From IMG/VR virus record IMGVR_UViG_3300047494_000112, positions 32,001 to 96,000 of that record: a stretch of DNA of 64,000 nt; one strand, written 5' to 3'. The translations under genes were made by a program, and so were the position numbers. Every line of letters starts with the position of its first letter. Position 1 is the first letter of the stretch. The stretch comes from a virus. The notes under the pieces are model-generated. The model searched no databases. It was not told where the DNA came from and was given only the letters and a program-made list of their open reading frames with translations. Below are positions 18,602-27,657 of this stretch, in pieces.

Positions 18602-18942
18602 GACGTACCTTGCAATTTCTGTGCTGCATACTTTTTGACGGTGTCATTAGGATCTTTTGTTAGCATTGAAGCTAAATTACGATCAGCATTTTTAGCTACA
18701 GCAATACGAACAATAGCTTCAGGGTCATGCACAAGCATTGATACAAATTTAATTACTCCAGTCATGGCCACAGCTTTTCTAACCAAAGGATCTGGATCTT
18801 TAACATACTTTAAAAGAGCAGTAGGGTTACCTGACCGTATTTCGGTATACTTTTGATGGTGTACTTTACGCAAAGATGCACCAGATTTGTTGTCTGGTGC
18901 TTGTTGCTGTAGTGCAGGAATGTTTGCAAAATCAGAGCTCAT
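18598..18942 (-). CDS. diverged HEAT-like repeat protein
   Basis: KDPDPLVRKAVA, HDPEAIVRIAVA, KDPNDTVK units with different caps. Confidence 0.75.
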   Translation of the reverse strand: MSSDFANIPALQQQAPDNKSGASLRKVHHQKYTEIRSGNPTALLKYVKDPDPLVRKAVAMTGVIKFVSMLVHDPEAIVRIAVAKNADRNLASMLTKDPNDTVKKYAAQKLQGTS

Positions 18943-19574
18943 GACTCACCTAACTCTTTTAATCTATGTCTTGCAATAGGCCTAACATTATCATCTTTAT
19001 CGTTCAGTAAAGCTCTTGCATGGTTAGCGTTTCCATCCCAAGCTACTGCTGCTCTTACAAACTCACTTGGATCTGAGATTAGCTTGTCTCTATGAGAGTC
19101 GTTTCCATTCTCAGCTATCACACGTCTTACATTCGGATTTGGATCTGAAATTAATTTATCTCTATGGGAGTCGTTTCCATGCTCAGCTACTGCATATCTT
19201 ACATTCCATTTTGGATCTTTAATTAGCTTATTTCTATGGTAATCGTTTCCATGCTTAGCTACTACATATCTTACTCCTGCATTTGAATCTGATACTAGCT
19301 TATCCTTGTGAGAGTCATTTCCATGCTGAGCTACTGCTTCCCTTACATTCCAGTGTGTATCTGAAACTAGCTTATCTCTATGAGAATCGTTTCCATTTAT
19401 AGCTACTGCACGTCTTACATACCAATCTGGATCTGAAACTAGCTTATCCTTATGGGAATCGTTTCCACTTATAGCTACTGCATGTCTTATATACACATTT
19501 GGATCTGAAACTAGCTTGTCTAAATGTTTAGGATGACCAATTTTAGCTAGAGTTAAGCGTTGTTTAGTATTCAT
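18939..19574 (-). CDS. 24-aa HEAT/LRV-like repeat protein (6 internal repeats)
   Basis: Caps and repeat consensus; 211 aa. Confidence 0.85.
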   Translation of the reverse strand: MNTKQRLTLAKIGHPKHLDKLVSDPNVYIRHAVAISGNDSHKDKLVSDPDWYVRRAVAINGNDSHRDKLVSDTHWNVREAVAQHGNDSHKDKLVSDSNAGVRYVVAKHGNDYHRNKLIKDPKWNVRYAVAEHGNDSHRDKLISDPNPNVRRVIAENGNDSHRDKLISDPSEFVRAAVAWDGNANHARALLNDKDDNVRPIARHRLKELGES

Positions 19575-19576
19575 GA

Positions 19577-20059
19577 TTACATTAAATCAAGTGCATTCGG
19601 CACATTAGAGTTGTAGAACCTCATCACATATAGACCTAATACTGACGCTTGAGTATAGCGTTTTACAAAAATATAAAGACCAGTCAAATTAGGATTATAA
19701 TAAAGATAAGCATTCGTAGGAGTAGGTTTGAACCCAAGGTAATCAAGCTCTGTTTTAATTGACTGCAAAGCAGCTTGAAATTCATGAGGACTACGGTTGT
19801 TCTTTTGGAATTGATAATTGAAATACCTAGGTATTGTAATATTACCGTTACCAACCGTAACAGGTTTAAAATGTTTCTCAATTAAACGTTTTTGAATCTG
19901 GACAACGTACCAAAAGATTTCATCAAAAATTTCTTCTTTTGGCGGACGAACCCAATCTACAGGTGAGGTAGCCTTTTCTTCTTGAACAGGCTTGCGAGAT
20001 ACTCTTTGTCTGGTGGTTCTACGAATATTTTTTGAAGGGGTAGGGGTGTTTTCGTCCAT
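19577..20059 (-). CDS. hypothetical protein
   Basis: ORF track 19577..20173; ATG at 20059 (MDENTP) with AGGA SD avoids overlapping the terminase. Confidence 0.6.
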   Translation of the reverse strand: MDENTPTPSKNIRRTTRQRVSRKPVQEEKATSPVDWVRPPKEEIFDEIFWYVVQIQKRLIEKHFKPVTVGNGNITIPRYFNYQFQKNNRSPHEFQAALQSIKTELDYLGFKPTPTNAYLYYNPNLTGLYIFVKRYTQASVLGLYVMRFYNSNVPNALDLM

Positions 20060-20132
20060 TTGAATTAATCCTAGTGTAGTTGTGAATACACTATGAATTA
20101 TAAGATAATCTAAAGGTATTTGAAATTTCAAA

Positions 20133-22310
20133 TTAGCGACGAGGATAACCCATGCCTCCTCTACTACCCACAATCCCCAAATTTACAGCAGCGCTACTAC
20201 CTCTGCCACCAGCATAAGTGCCAACAGCTCCTAGTGCGGTTTTAATCTCACCTCCGCCAATTGTTTTTCCTGACAATAGATCTCGAAAATCTGGGTCAAT
20301 TAGATAAGAATACCCTAAGACCAAAGCTCTCAAAATATCATCAGTGGTGCCTTCCCCTTTGCTAACCACCTTGGCATTATCTTGAACGGTAATTAATTGA
20401 AATGCTAAATGGGAAATTGGTTTACCTGAAAACCCTTGAGGATAAGCTGAGTCACCTGCAGTCTCAATTTGTTTAGGTTCCAATTCGGGCTTAGGTATTG
20501 AAATTCGACCGTTAATTATATCCTCTTTTAGCGACATGAACTCAGGATATTTTACCGAATATTGTTCCGCTTCAATGTCACAGTGCTCAACTAGGTCGGT
20601 TAACAGTTTAGAACTCTGCCAGCGATCAGCTACGACCAATTGAACATTCATGCGCTCAATAATAGGTAACAGAACATCTTCATAAATAAAGGTAAAATTT
20701 AGTGGCTGTTGTGGCTTTGGTTGAATTTCCGCAATGCCATCAAACACTGGCATTTCTAATTCAGTATCCCAATAGCCAGTAACCAAAGCGAAGGAGTTAA
20801 ATTTTTCACCAGCATCCAGAGCTAGTATTCGTTTGTTTCTATCTGGAGGTAAACGAAACACTACCTTACCTGTAATCAAAGGTTTACCTGATTTGCTGGT
20901 ATCAGGAGTAGCATAAATTGTAAAAGCATTTTTGTGCTTTTTGTTAACAATTGCTCCTACTTGATCCAGATCTTCAATGTAAGGTAAAGCAGAGTTAGGC
21001 GGTACAGCCCCAAAGTCACGAAGAGCTTTGATAGGATCGTCTATAAAGTCTTGTTCCAAGTCCTTTCGAGTAATGTTGGGATTCATTTCCCAGGTAGCAT
21101 AATGCCAGCCTGAAATATACTTTGAGGTTTCACTACGCTCATACAGCTTTACAATCATGTCTTTTTTTGACAAAGGCGAGGAGATGCAGGCCATAAATGG
21201 CGGCAATAAAGAATTGTAGCCCTTTTTCAATAGCTTGTAGTAGGCAGGTCGAAGAGTTTGAAAGGAGTTACGCAAAGATTTATAAACTTCTTCACCATTC
21301 ATTTTAATCTTTTGTGAATTTTCTTCTACAGAGAATAAACCAATTTCGTCAATGCCTCCTTGAAATGCAGTTGTACCACGAATCTTATTTTTATCAGGGC
21401 CAACAGGGTAAGAGAACAATGACCTATGCCTATACCTAGCATAGGTATCTTTAACTGTGTATATCTCTTCACCATATTTTTGACCATAATGATCTAGTAT
21501 TTCATGTAGCGAGTTATAGAATGGTGCGGTTTTTAAATATCCTACAATAGGATCCCACAAAAGATCTTTAGCTTTTTGCCAAGTTAACGCGGTAAATTGC
21601 CCGTGGAGATCCGTTGATGGGAGTAATCCATACATTTTTTGAGGTGATGGAGATTTTAGAAATGCGTGCATGTGGTAAGCTGTTAGCATTCCGACTGTTT
21701 GGCTTTTTCCAGATCGCTGCCCAGCTAAGCCAGCTAATTCACAAGGAACTTTGATTAAACCTTCAGCATGAAACTCTGACTTTGTCTTCTTGCATTTGGG
21801 GCATATGCCAAACTTTAGTAGCTGTACGTTTTCTAGAAATTTCTCTGGTTTGTGTCTAACAGGCACGTTATCCAGATATCCTTCTTTTGAGCATACTGGA
21901 CACGCTTCGGCAAACATTTTTGTACCTATCTCCAATTGCTTCGCAAACGGATAAGGAGTAATGTTTAGGTATTTAGGTGAGGTTAGAAACGTGTAGAAAT
22001 TTGGAGCTTGGGGAATGTCTCGATCATCAATTTTGAGATCGCGTGGCAGAGGGGAAGTTTTTTCATATTGTAATACATCCTCTGCCAAATTTTCAAAGTC
22101 AAAGTCACCACCTTTATCTTTTTTAATTTGAATTACTAGGTTGGGCTTTGCTACTGGCTTGTTGGCTTTTTTCTTTTTGGAAGCTTTGGCTTCAGCTCGT
22201 TCAAATGATAGATATTTGCTACAAACGTAGCTAAATGATTTTTTCTTGTCTGCACATGCTAAATAGAGTGAGCATGTTAGGCAATTTTTCTGTGTAGTTC
22301 CTTTGGTCAA
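20133..22310 (-). CDS. terL: terminase large subunit
   Basis: Walker A GQRSGKS, Walker B GIDEIG, nuclease ILALDAG...DD; upstream of portal; TTG start. Confidence 0.88.
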   Translation of the reverse strand: MTKGTTQKNCLTCSLYLACADKKKSFSYVCSKYLSFERAEAKASKKKKANKPVAKPNLVIQIKKDKGGDFDFENLAEDVLQYEKTSPLPRDLKIDDRDIPQAPNFYTFLTSPKYLNITPYPFAKQLEIGTKMFAEACPVCSKEGYLDNVPVRHKPEKFLENVQLLKFGICPKCKKTKSEFHAEGLIKVPCELAGLAGQRSGKSQTVGMLTAYHMHAFLKSPSPQKMYGLLPSTDLHGQFTALTWQKAKDLLWDPIVGYLKTAPFYNSLHEILDHYGQKYGEEIYTVKDTYARYRHRSLFSYPVGPDKNKIRGTTAFQGGIDEIGLFSVEENSQKIKMNGEEVYKSLRNSFQTLRPAYYKLLKKGYNSLLPPFMACISSPLSKKDMIVKLYERSETSKYISGWHYATWEMNPNITRKDLEQDFIDDPIKALRDFGAVPPNSALPYIEDLDQVGAIVNKKHKNAFTIYATPDTSKSGKPLITGKVVFRLPPDRNKRILALDAGEKFNSFALVTGYWDTELEMPVFDGIAEIQPKPQQPLNFTFIYEDVLLPIIERMNVQLVVADRWQSSKLLTDLVEHCDIEAEQYSVKYPEFMSLKEDIINGRISIPKPELEPKQIETAGDSAYPQGFSGKPISHLAFQLITVQDNAKVVSKGEGTTDDILRALVLGYSYLIDPDFRDLLSGKTIGGGEIKTALGAVGTYAGGRGSSAAVNLGIVGSRGGMGYPRR

Positions 22311-22363
22311 AATTCATACTCGATACATAGCTAGCCTGTTGCTAGCCTCAGCTTAAATGCTGG

Positions 22364-22669
22364 TTAGTCTGGCAAAAATTTATTCAACTGGGTTTTTAAA
22401 GCGTCAGTAACCTCACCTGTCCAAATGTCCCGTTCTGTCATCACCCAAAGTAGTGTATTATCTGGTTCAACCTGAACATTTAGAATGGAGTCACTAAATA
22501 CACCGCGTTTAATCCAAATTATAGACAATTCACCTTCGTCGTTGCCTGTAATCATTGGCTTAAGATAATCAGTTAAGGTATTCAAAACCTCAGTTGCAAA
22601 GGCTGTCAGATTAGGTGAAACCTGCTCCATGCACTGATAACGGTATGTTAGCTCTTCAAGAGTTTTCAT
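22364..22669 (-). CDS. hypothetical protein
   Basis: 101-aa ORF on coding strand. Confidence 0.6.
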   Translation of the reverse strand: MKTLEELTYRYQCMEQVSPNLTAFATEVLNTLTDYLKPMITGNDEGELSIIWIKRGVFSDSILNVQVEPDNTLLWVMTERDIWTGEVTDALKTQLNKFLPD

Positions 22670-22671
22670 AG

Positions 22672-22892
22672 TTAATCTTTAACCCCTGCAAAAAACAATA
22701 GAAAGAGAAAGACAATTAGAGCATAGATTGCAAAAAGGATAAGGAATGAGGACATTTACATGTCCATTCCCAGAATACAGATTACAATTACAAACAACAG
22801 CCAAAATATTAGTAGCAAAGCGTGCATTTTACACCTTAATCCCAAGCAGACGCAATTATTAACACAATAACAATCAAGATTATCAAAGACAT
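22672..22892 (-). CDS. three tandem hydrophobic micro-ORFs: 22836..22892 (18 aa), 22756..22827 (23 aa), 22672..22755 (27 aa)
   Basis: MSLIILIVIVLIIASAWD, MHALLLIFWLLFVIVICILGMDM, MSSFLILFAIYALIVFLFLLFFAGVKD tile the gap. Confidence 0.55.
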
Positions 22893-22897
22893 TTACC

Positions 22898-23413
22898 TTA
22901 ATCCTTTAAAATGACGCCGTTTCCAATGAATCTCATGTAGTACGGTACAGATAATGAAAATGCTGGTTCAATTACATTTTGTACCTTGTAGCTGGTAATC
23001 AATGTCCACTCCATGCTAGGGGGAGCGTATTCTGGGTGTAGAGTTAAGCTATATGCTGGCTTACTGGTATTAGGTGAGGAACACAGAAAAGTGAACGCTT
23101 TACCTATTGTTGCTGCATAATCTCCTGGATTTAGTCTAAAAAACGGAATCCAGCCCTTTTTTGTCAAAACTCGTTGATTTTTTCTAGCTTTTACTGTTGT
23201 TCCATTAGCCAATGATATCTCAACCAGATTCTCCGGTTTAATTATCAAAAACAGCCTAGGAGTTGTTAGATACCCATTTTCCAAGAATATCTTCGGACCA
23301 ATGTAATCCGAGAAATTGTTTGTATCTGTGGGCTGTAGAGTAGCAATCTGGCCTATTGTTAGTGGACCAAACTCTGTGGGAATTGAGGTAGTACCCGAAA
23401 CTCCATGAATCAT
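22898..23413 (-). CDS. stand-alone degenerate Hint (intein-fold) domain protein
   Basis: Block A-like GVSGTTSIPTEFG, block B-like VLTKKGW..L.PGD, block F/G-like AFSLSV...FIGNGVILKD; Cys1, TxxH and terminal HN are missing. Confidence 0.7.
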   Translation of the reverse strand: MIHGVSGTTSIPTEFGPLTIGQIATLQPTDTNNFSDYIGPKIFLENGYLTTPRLFLIIKPENLVEISLANGTTVKARKNQRVLTKKGWIPFFRLNPGDYAATIGKAFTFLCSSPNTSKPAYSLTLHPEYAPPSMEWTLITSYKVQNVIEPAFSLSVPYYMRFIGNGVILKD

Positions 23414-23571
23414 GTCATTTGTACCTAAAAATCTTAATCTAACGCAATTGCTGTACTTTTGTACGTTTGCGCTAAAATGGGTGTTTTATCGCAAGAATAA
23501 TCTATTCTTTTGCCTATTTTATACCGTTTTTCGCCGTATCTTGACCGCATTTTAAAACCTAACTAAATGCT

Positions 23572-23835
23572 CTACAAAGCATTTTTTGCTAATCTCAAGT
23601 CTTCAATATTAGGAGGTGCATTGCAGCCAATAGCTAATACCTCATTGGCCTCCTCCAATCTACCTGTACTTTTTAGATAAGTTGCAACAACTAGCCTAGG
23701 TAAATTGTAATCATCCGCTGAATTTGAAATTATACCAGCTCTTTGTAAGGCTAATAGCTGGAGTAGAGCTGCTGAAGCTTTATGCAAGCCTTTTTCATAT
23801 GCTACTGTTTGATTATACTGTGGGTTGTTGAACAT
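23572..23835 (-). CDS. hypothetical protein
   Basis: 87-aa ORF. Confidence 0.55.
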   Translation of the reverse strand: MFNNPQYNQTVAYEKGLHKASAALLQLLALQRAGIISNSADDYNLPRLVVATYLKSTGRLEEANEVLAIGCNAPPNIEDLRLAKNAL

Positions 23836-24052
23836 TTTGTTCCTTGTAGTTAATCTGGTTCAAGAGCTGTCCGAAGAGAGTTGCAGAGCAATCAGAGCAT
23901 ATAGGCTTGTAATTGCTAGGAGACGAACTGGCTGCATCTATTGTAATGTTAATCTCAGCTGTACACACTCTTCTACGTTGACAACGCCAACAGTCTTTTA
24001 TACCAAAATCTGATAATTTTGTGCTCATGTTTGACCTACTGTCTTGGCCCAC
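23813..24052 (-). CDS. small CxxC Zn-finger protein
   Basis: CWRC ... CSDC. Confidence 0.55.
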   Translation of the reverse strand: MGQDSRSNMSTKLSDFGIKDCWRCQRRRVCTAEINITIDAASSSPSNYKPICSDCSATLFGQLLNQINYKEQNVQQPTV

Positions 24053-24288
24053 TCAAGTGCTGCTTCAAAGGTGGCTGCACAGACTCTATAGAATCCAACA
24101 GGAGTATCAGGATACCACTGAATTTCCCAAACTTCTCCGGTAGCAATTGATTTAGCCAACTCTTCTTCACTAGGCCAACTATTTTGGTCATACACATCTA
24201 AATACTCTTGAACAGTCACGTACCTATTCAGGTGAGCATTATGCGTTACGCTCAATTCGCATTTGTGATCCGGCCACTCGATACTCAT
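24025..24288 (-). CDS. hypothetical protein
   Basis: 87-aa ORF, WEIQWYPDTPVGFY motif. Confidence 0.65.
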   Translation of the reverse strand: MSIEWPDHKCELSVTHNAHLNRYVTVQEYLDVYDQNSWPSEEELAKSIATGEVWEIQWYPDTPVGFYRVCAATFEAALEWAKTVGQT

Positions 24289-24956
24289 TCTGGTTTTCCT
24301 AACTCTTTGCCGTAGGCTTCCAATGTTGCTTTGATATCTTTAGCGGTAAACGTTGGTATTGCAGGGGTGTTGGGTGGTGCTGAGGGCTGTATGGCTACAC
24401 CAGGCATACCAAATTGTTTTGCAATCGTCTGCTCTATTATCTTATTGCTATTAGACTTGCTGACATTGAAATGCTTTAGCATAATTTCAGTTGCTCGAAT
24501 AGTCTGTATTTTTTCTGCCAGTTTAAGAGAAGCGCTATTATCCCATTCAACTCCTTCACCATCAATGTCCAACCTAATCATTTCCTCAGCATACCCAAAA
24601 GCAGTTTGCAAGGACATTACTTTTAATGCTAAAGAGGAAAGGGCTTTAGCTGTTTCCTCAGCATGTTCACCAAATTCTTGAAGCGACCTTGCTTTGTTTA
24701 GCTTTGGTCTGTTCTGTTTTTGTGCTAATTTAAACTCTTTGTTCTGTAGCTTAATTGAGCGTTTTAGCTTTAGTGCTGTACGTTCAGACTCAGACAAATC
24801 TTGATGCCTAGGTATTACCTTATTCGTCGCTGTTAAAGTCAAATTTGTCGTCTTTGTTTTTACTGGGTTTGACTTGTCCAAATTTGAGCTTTTTGTTACC
24901 TTTTTTATCTTTGCGCTTTTCAGCTTTTTCGTCAATTTCAGATCTTTCTTCATCAC
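24285..24956 (-). CDS. hypothetical protein, Lys-rich N-terminus
   Basis: 223-aa ORF; annotated start overlaps the helicase end, so the true start may be later. Confidence 0.6.
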   Translation of the reverse strand: MMKKDLKLTKKLKSAKIKKVTKSSNLDKSNPVKTKTTNLTLTATNKVIPRHQDLSESERTALKLKRSIKLQNKEFKLAQKQNRPKLNKARSLQEFGEHAEETAKALSSLALKVMSLQTAFGYAEEMIRLDIDGEGVEWDNSASLKLAEKIQTIRATEIMLKHFNVSKSNSNKIIEQTIAKQFGMPGVAIQPSAPPNTPAIPTFTAKDIKATLEAYGKELGKPE

Positions 24957-26220
24957 TCAAATCCTTGACAGTCATTGTCTTGTAATCTATTTTGACAGGA
25001 AATCGAAAGCTTAAATTTTCTCTAGCTTTTGGCTGGTCGATCCACATTATTCCAGTTTCTCTAGTAGTTGCATTGGCCGTAAAAAAGAAAGCATTTGAGG
25101 CGTCTTCAACCATGCCTTTGGCGTAACGAATTAAACCTTCTTCGTTCAGCTGTGCTGCAACCGCGATAATCATGTCGTTAATGGCTGCATATCGTTTACA
25201 GAATCTAGTAACGTTCCGCATTGCTTTCCATTGATCGTCACCATCAATTCCCTTTAACAAGCCAATGTAATCAATGAAAATAACATCAAAGCCAAAAGGC
25301 TTTAGCATCATTAATATTTCTTCAGCAGTCAAATCTTCATCAGGAGAAAACAGTGAGAGCGTAGCGCCTACTCGAACCAATTTTTCTCTAAATTTTTCAT
25401 ATCTAGATAAAATGTTACCTTTTTCAAACTTTGTCAAAGTACGAGGGTCATTTAGACGTGACATGTCTGTTTCTGTCAAACGTGATATCTCACGTCTAAG
25501 CATCTGCTCGTTTTTCATCTCTAATGGAACAATTGCAACACGAGCCCCAGCTCTAGCCATGTTGTGTGCCAATTGCCCAATCACAATTGATTTGCCTGCA
25601 CCTGTAGAACCACCAATTAACAATAGCGAGGTCCTTGGAATACCTAAGGCTTTGTCATCATAGGCTTTTATCCCTGTTGGGATAACTCTATCTGGATCAT
25701 ATTCCAGCATTTTTTTGACCGCTTTAACGTCACTACGGTCTTTTGCTCCAACATGAATAAACCAATTATCTGAATTTGTTCCTGTTTTACTTTTGCTCTC
25801 TACTAATTTTGCAGATACTTTGTTTTCTAATTGTTCAATATCCAAAGTCTTTTTTGTTGTAAACTCTCTGGCAATATATTGAGACATTTCTAACATTGAA
25901 CGCATACGTCGATATTTGTGCAATACTCTAATTGCCTTATCAACACTCTCGGGAGGAATTGCTTTCTCTTTAAAGTTAACTAAGCGTTCTCTAACAACCT
26001 CAGGAATAATTGGATCTGTTGTAAGCTCACCCCATGAAATTAGTTCACCTCTTTCTTTTAGCATTGTATTTATTCTGGCAAAGCAAACTTTTCCAGACTT
26101 TGTTGCAAAACAATCGACACCTAGACTAGCAAACAGCTTTGAAGCTTCTTTCTGTGATCTTGTACTTGCAATAGTTCTAATTACTCTTAATTCTAATGGT
26201 AGAGATACACACTTGATCAT
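24820..26220 (-). CDS. dnaB: replicative DnaB-like helicase
   Basis: IPTG..., GGSTGAGKS, LEMK, IFIDYIGLL, AAQLNEEG. Confidence 0.88.
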   Translation of the reverse strand: MIKCVSLPLELRVIRTIASTRSQKEASKLFASLGVDCFATKSGKVCFARINTMLKERGELISWGELTTDPIIPEVVRERLVNFKEKAIPPESVDKAIRVLHKYRRMRSMLEMSQYIAREFTTKKTLDIEQLENKVSAKLVESKSKTGTNSDNWFIHVGAKDRSDVKAVKKMLEYDPDRVIPTGIKAYDDKALGIPRTSLLLIGGSTGAGKSIVIGQLAHNMARAGARVAIVPLEMKNEQMLRREISRLTETDMSRLNDPRTLTKFEKGNILSRYEKFREKLVRVGATLSLFSPDEDLTAEEILMMLKPFGFDVIFIDYIGLLKGIDGDDQWKAMRNVTRFCKRYAAINDMIIAVAAQLNEEGLIRYAKGMVEDASNAFFFTANATTRETGIMWIDQPKARENLSFRFPVKIDYKTMTVKDLSDEERSEIDEKAEKRKDKKGNKKLKFGQVKPSKNKDDKFDFNSDE

Positions 26221-26276
26221 TTCTTTGCCTTAGGATACAATATTTCTACCTTTCCATCCATAGTCTTTAGCTGTTT

Positions 26277-26900
26277 TCATAACACAGACCTATTTCTAGC
26301 AGTTGAAAATATCGCAAGTTCTTTTGGAGTAAAGCTTAAACGAGTTTGACAAAAATTGAAAGGGTTGGACCCACCCAACAACAAAACAACTGTATGGTCT
26401 AAAGATAAGTTTAATATATCTCGAGTCTTTTCAATTTTATTGGAAGAAGAGTCTGTTGAGATACCATCTAAAACCAAAAGCGGCTTATATTCACTGAAGG
26501 ACAATTCAGTATCTTTACCACGCAAAGCATCTAATAGCTTATCGTTAAAGGAAAAATCTACATATTGCCAGACTGGAAGAGTACCTAAAGCAATGTTAGA
26601 ATTTTCTTTTGCAAAAGCCACAGCATTATAAAACCAAGGAACCATGAATTTACGCAACAAAGTGATATCGTCGTTTGAGCTCAAAACAATTCGTCTAGGT
26701 TGACCTGGTAGCTTATCTAAACTCGTATAGACCTTCATTTGATCAGCAATTGATAAGGTAAATGGCGGTTTACCTTCAATTTCCTCATTGTAAGAACGAA
26801 CATGGTCTTTAATTTTAATGGTACAATCGTACAAAAGACCGGAGGGAACTCCGGTTAACTTTAACAATCTCTTTTTCTCTTCGGTGTAGGAGAATTTCAC
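26277..26900 (-). CDS. hypothetical protein upstream of helicase (possible degenerate loader)
   Basis: 207-aa ORF; function guessed from position only. Confidence 0.55.
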   Translation of the reverse strand: MKFSYTEEKKRLLKLTGVPSGLLYDCTIKIKDHVRSYNEEIEGKPPFTLSIADQMKVYTSLDKLPGQPRRIVLSSNDDITLLRKFMVPWFYNAVAFAKENSNIALGTLPVWQYVDFSFNDKLLDALRGKDTELSFSEYKPLLVLDGISTDSSSNKIEKTRDILNLSLDHTVVLLLGGSNPFNFCQTRLSFTPKELAIFSTARNRSVL

Positions 26901-26961
26901 GTCTTTAGCCTATTTATAATATCCATTATCAAACCTTCAAAATCTTTTGTCGTGCTCAATT

Positions 26962-27171
26962 TTACCAGTCTAACAAAGGTTCACGTTGTACGTCAATACA
27001 GGTTACTAGTATTGGCCTTGCATCCCAAACATTGTATAAACTTTCCTTAACAGTGTCTTCCATGCTCTTAGCTTCATGGTCAGCATCCTCACCAGACATT
27101 ACAACTGAATGAGCTACGCATTGATCCAAATTACAAATAACCTCAATTGTAAAAGTGGTTTTAACTTTCAT
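26962..27171 (-). CDS. hypothetical protein
   Basis: 69-aa ORF. Confidence 0.55.
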   Translation of the reverse strand: MKVKTTFTIEVICNLDQCVAHSVVMSGEDADHEAKSMEDTVKESLYNVWDARPILVTCIDVQREPLLDW

Positions 27172-27389
27172 TCTATTCCCTCACAATGATCTGCAACTCG
27201 GTTCATGGCTTGTGCTAATAACAATACAGCATCGGTTAAGGCTTTGCTTGCACCTGCAGCTTCGACAACGGATATAGCATAGTAAATTGCTGACTCAGCC
27301 AAGGTGTGATGGCTAATGTCACACCTTGTAGGAATTCCATCCCCACGTAAATGGGGTCTATAGTTTTGAGATTTGTAACCTTCGGTCAT
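27168..27389 (-). CDS. small conserved-type phage protein
   Basis: AE.AI..A...VEAAGA...LTDAV.LL pattern. Confidence 0.6.
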   Translation of the reverse strand: MTEGYKSQNYRPHLRGDGIPTRCDISHHTLAESAIYYAISVVEAAGASKALTDAVLLLAQAMNRVADHCEGIE

Positions 27390-27402
27390 CTTGTTTCCTA
27401 AC

Positions 27403-27432
27403 TAAAAAGTGGGAGCGTAATAGCTCCCACTT
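27403..27432 (-). terminator. intrinsic terminator
   Basis: AAGTGGGAGC/GCTCCCACTT 10-bp stem (27407-27432) followed by a T-tract on the minus strand. Confidence 0.75.
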
Positions 27433-27441
27433 GCGCCAATG

Positions 27442-27645
27442 TTATAGCAAGGGTCTAGAATATCCAATGCCACCTGTACCTAAACCTAACAAGAGTTGAA
27501 TTAGGTAAATGGCAAAGATAACAGCCACAATAATTTGAATGACTTGTTTAATGTTACCTGGCAAAGGTAACAGGCCAAGAATTAGGGTTACACAGTAATA
27601 GACTAAAGCCATGATTAGTAAAGTAACGAGTAAGCTGATAAGCAT
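27442..27645 (-). CDS. small two-TM membrane protein
   Basis: Two hydrophobic helices around LPLPGNIK. Confidence 0.65.
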   Translation of the reverse strand: MLISLLVTLLIMALVYYCVTLILGLLPLPGNIKQVIQIIVAVIFAIYLIQLLLGLGTGGIGYSRPLL

Positions 27646-27657
27646 TTTGTATTTCCT

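Noticed and set aside
864-19574. 72-bp nucleotide repeats as a CRISPR array
   Set aside because: They are in-frame coding repeats with no unique spacers and no cas genes nearby.
864-19574. Diversity-generating retroelement behind repeat variation
   Set aside because: No reverse transcriptase or template/variable repeat pair in the window; variation is not visibly limited to adenines. It cannot be excluded for the rest of the genome.
20133-26220. Inteins within terminase or DnaB
   Set aside because: No Hint blocks or LAGLIDADG motifs interrupt them; the only Hint-like sequence is the separate ORF at 22898.
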